Shown piece after piece: positions 6,327 to 7,395 of a stretch of DNA of 7,395 nt; the first letter of the stretch is position 1; every line of letters begins with the position of its first letter. The position numbers were made by a program, and so were the translations under genes. This stretch comes from a virus (lineage: Duplodnaviria; Heunggongvirae; Uroviricota; Caudoviricetes): IMG/VR virus record IMGVR_UViG_2563366829_000015; one strand, given 5' to 3'. The notes under the pieces were generated by a model. The model saw only the letters and a list, made by a program, of their open reading frames with translations. It made no database searches and was not told where the DNA came from.

Positions 6327-6357
6327 AAAAAAACCGACTAAGACGTCGGTTTTTTTG
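6327..6357 (-). terminator. Bidirectional rho-independent terminator downstream of the repressor gene
   Basis: Plus strand reads A7-ACCGAC-taagac-GTCGGT-T7: a perfect 6-bp stem with a 6-nt loop flanked by A and T runs. It starts ~25 nt after the repressor stop (6383), so it insulates the downstream early-left promoter from repressor read-through. Confidence 0.7.
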
Positions 6358-6382
6358 TTGTGGATGGGGTAGTGAGCGGTGG

Positions 6383-6844
6383 CTACTGGTTACGTTTCTT
6401 TAGTGCCAGCATGTTCTCGAAGGCTTCCTCGTAGAGCTTGTTTAGTCCACGTAGCTGGTTAAGGAGTTTGGCTTTTTCTGACGCAGGTAGAATCTCGAAG
6501 AGGTTAAGTAACTCTGCCTGTTCTTCATTGACCAGCCTCCATCCTTTGCCTGAAAAGTTATCATCATAAGTATCTGATGATCTTACATAATTCATTAAGT
6601 CTTTAAGGTCTTCTCGAATGTCCTCTGGTTTTACCTTTAACAGAGCCGCAAATTTTAGCGCAGCGTCGGTATTTACCGGTATCTTGCCGTTCAGATACTG
6701 GCTAACGGTGCCTTGAGATTCGAATCCCAACAACTCAGCCGCCAGCTCTTGAGTCAGCTTCAGCTCTTTTTTTCTTGCATTCCATGCGGCTTTTAAATTC
6801 TTGCTCGCTTCTGGAGTTGCAATCACTTCGCGTGTTTTTTTCAT
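6383..6844 (-). CDS. Prophage immunity repressor, DicA/RacR-type HTH (XRE-family) protein, 153 aa
   Basis: ATG at 6842-6844 (minus). N-terminal HTH_XRE-like segment (LKLTQELAAELLGFESQGTVSQYLNG); C-terminal helical region (AELLNLFEILPASEKAKLL) with no S24 peptidase Ser/Lys autocleavage motif, as in DicA/RacR-type repressors rather than lambda CI. It is divergent from a cro-like gene and co-directional with the operon it would repress. No SD is visible upstream, so the mRNA may be leaderless. Confidence 0.85.
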   Translation of the reverse strand: MKKTREVIATPEASKNLKAAWNARKKELKLTQELAAELLGFESQGTVSQYLNGKIPVNTDAALKFAALLKVKPEDIREDLKDLMNYVRSSDTYDDNFSGKGWRLVNEEQAELLNLFEILPASEKAKLLNQLRGLNKLYEEAFENMLALKKRNQ

Positions 6845-6850
6845 ACATAG

Positions 6851-6878
6851 AGTTTATTTGTTTTACCAATATTATCAA
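6851..6878 (-). promoter_or_regulatory. Putative PRM-like promoter for the repressor gene (leaderless transcript)
   Basis: On the minus strand: -35 TTGATA (6873-6878), 16-nt spacer, -10 TAAACT (6851-6856), ending ~6 nt before the repressor ATG with no SD. It sits back-to-back with the PR-like -35, as in repressor/cro switches. Weak hexamers, so low confidence. Confidence 0.3.
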
Positions 6879-6892
6879 AGATAGTCTGGCTA

Positions 6893-6921
6893 TTGATCTT
6901 TAAAATTAGCGGGGCTAATAT
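6893..6921 (+). promoter_or_regulatory. PR-like sigma70 promoter for the cro-like gene; probable operator region
   Basis: -35 TTGATC (6893-6898), 17-nt spacer, -10 TAATAT (6916-6921), about 30 nt upstream of the ATG at 6952. The spacer and -10 region closely resemble the minus-strand promoter at 6201-6229. Confidence 0.45.
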
Positions 6922-6951
6922 TTGCTCGAGGCATAACGTAGAAGGTTGGCT

Positions 6952-7188
6952 ATGAACTTAAGAGACTATTTAAAAGAGAAACATATCACCCAGCTACAGT
7001 TTGGGAAGCTAACGGGTTTATCTCAGGTGCATGTAAGTCGAGTGCTGGGGGGCTATGAAAGATTCAGCCCTGAAAAAGCATTACGTGTTGCTGAAGTAAC
7101 GAATTTCGAGGTTACACCTCATGAACTCCGGCCTGATATTTACCCGAATCCAACCGACGGCTTACCTGTTGGATTCAAGGCTAACTGA
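6952..7188 (+). CDS. Cro/DicC/YdaS-like HTH regulator, 78 aa, 3' end abutting or interrupted by an IS element
   Basis: ATG at 6952 with a GAAGG SD 6 nt upstream; the ORF track's TTG at 6946 is less likely. HTH-like segment ITQLQFGKLTGLSQVHVSRVL. It is divergent from the repressor. The stop codon TGA at 7186-7188 coincides with the first three bases of the IS terminal inverted repeat. Confidence 0.75.
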   Translation: MNLRDYLKEKHITQLQFGKLTGLSQVHVSRVLGGYERFSPEKALRVAEVTNFEVTPHELRPDIYPNPTDGLPVGFKAN

Positions 7189-7395
7189 ACCGCCCCGGGT
7201 TTCCTGGAGAGTGTTTTATCTGTGAACTCAGGCTGCCAGATCATCGTTTCCGATGGAAGCATAATAAGCTTTTTCTGCTTCTGCCGGAGGAGTATGGCCC
7301 AGCCTTTCCAGCAATCGTCGATTGTTATACCAGTCCACCCACGTGAGTGTGGCCAGTTCCACTTCTGCACGGTTTTTCCAGCTCTTACGGTGTAT
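7186..7395 (-). mobile_element. IS3-family insertion sequence (IS629/IS1203-like), partial: right terminal inverted repeat plus 3' end of the transposase gene; continues beyond the window
   Basis: Plus strand from 7186 reads TGAACCGCCCCGGGTTTCCTGGAGAGTG, which matches my recollection of the terminal inverted repeat of the IS629/IS1203/IS3411 group (IS3-family TG...CA termini). Directly inward is a transposase C-terminus on the minus strand. Confidence 0.75.
7228..7395 (-). CDS. IS3-family transposase (OrfB / rve integrase-core) C-terminal fragment, 5'-truncated by the window edge
   Basis: Manual minus-strand translation gives ...SWKNRAEVELATLTWVDWYNNRRLLERLGHTPPAEAEKAYYASIGNDDLAA* with the stop at 7228-7230. 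This is the conserved C-terminal end of IS3-family transposases. The frame has no Met in the window, so it is absent from the ORF track; the track's 7140-7370 ORF is a different frame. Confidence 0.8.
   Translation of the reverse strand: MHRKSWKNRAEVELATLTWVDWYNNRRLLERLGHTPPAEAEKAYYASIGNDDLAA

Noticed and set aside
7140-7370. 76-aa minus-strand ORF in the track (MQKWNWPHSRGW...)
   Set aside because: It is the wrong frame. The adjacent frame encodes a recognisable IS3-family transposase C-terminus ending at 7228, and the track ORF also runs antisense through the cro-like gene's 3' end.
1-7395. Searched for tRNA genes, an att core and CRISPR repeats
   Set aside because: No cloverleaf-compatible sequence with a T-loop GGTTCGAAT-type motif, no regularly spaced direct repeats, and the integrase stop is at the window edge, so any att site or tRNA target lies outside the window.

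Overview
The window reads as the left arm of a lambdoid (Qin/Rac-type) prophage from an enterobacterium (E. coli/Shigella-like), transcribed almost entirely on the minus strand. Family and gene names below rest on motif reading and on my recollection of K-12 sequences; no database search was run. From left to right: a complete lambda-family integrase (1-1131) with an overlapping excisionase (1109-1357); an 823-aa multidomain exonuclease (1422-3893) whose C-terminal catalytic domain is a DnaQ-like DEDDh 3'-5' exonuclease preceded by a CxxC...CxxC zinc ribbon; the cell-division-inhibition module ydfD / dicB / DicF sRNA (3986-4598); an AT-rich block with two convergent, 3'-overlapping uncharacterised ORFs (4934-5573); three small early-operon ORFs of 72, 42 and 51 aa (ydfC/ydfB/ydfA-like, 5596-6129); a sigma70 promoter and a bidirectional intrinsic terminator; a DicA/RacR-type HTH repressor (6383-6844) divergent from a Cro/DicC/YdaS-like gene (6952-7188); and the end of an IS3-family (IS629-like) element (7186-7395) whose terminal TGA supplies the stop codon of the cro-like gene. 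The best candidates for uncharacterised biology are the convergent orf92/orf133 pair, which sits in the slot where lambdoid prophages carry superinfection-exclusion genes, and the unusual exonuclease architecture with no adjacent single-strand annealing protein. No CRISPR array, rRNA or tRNA was seen.
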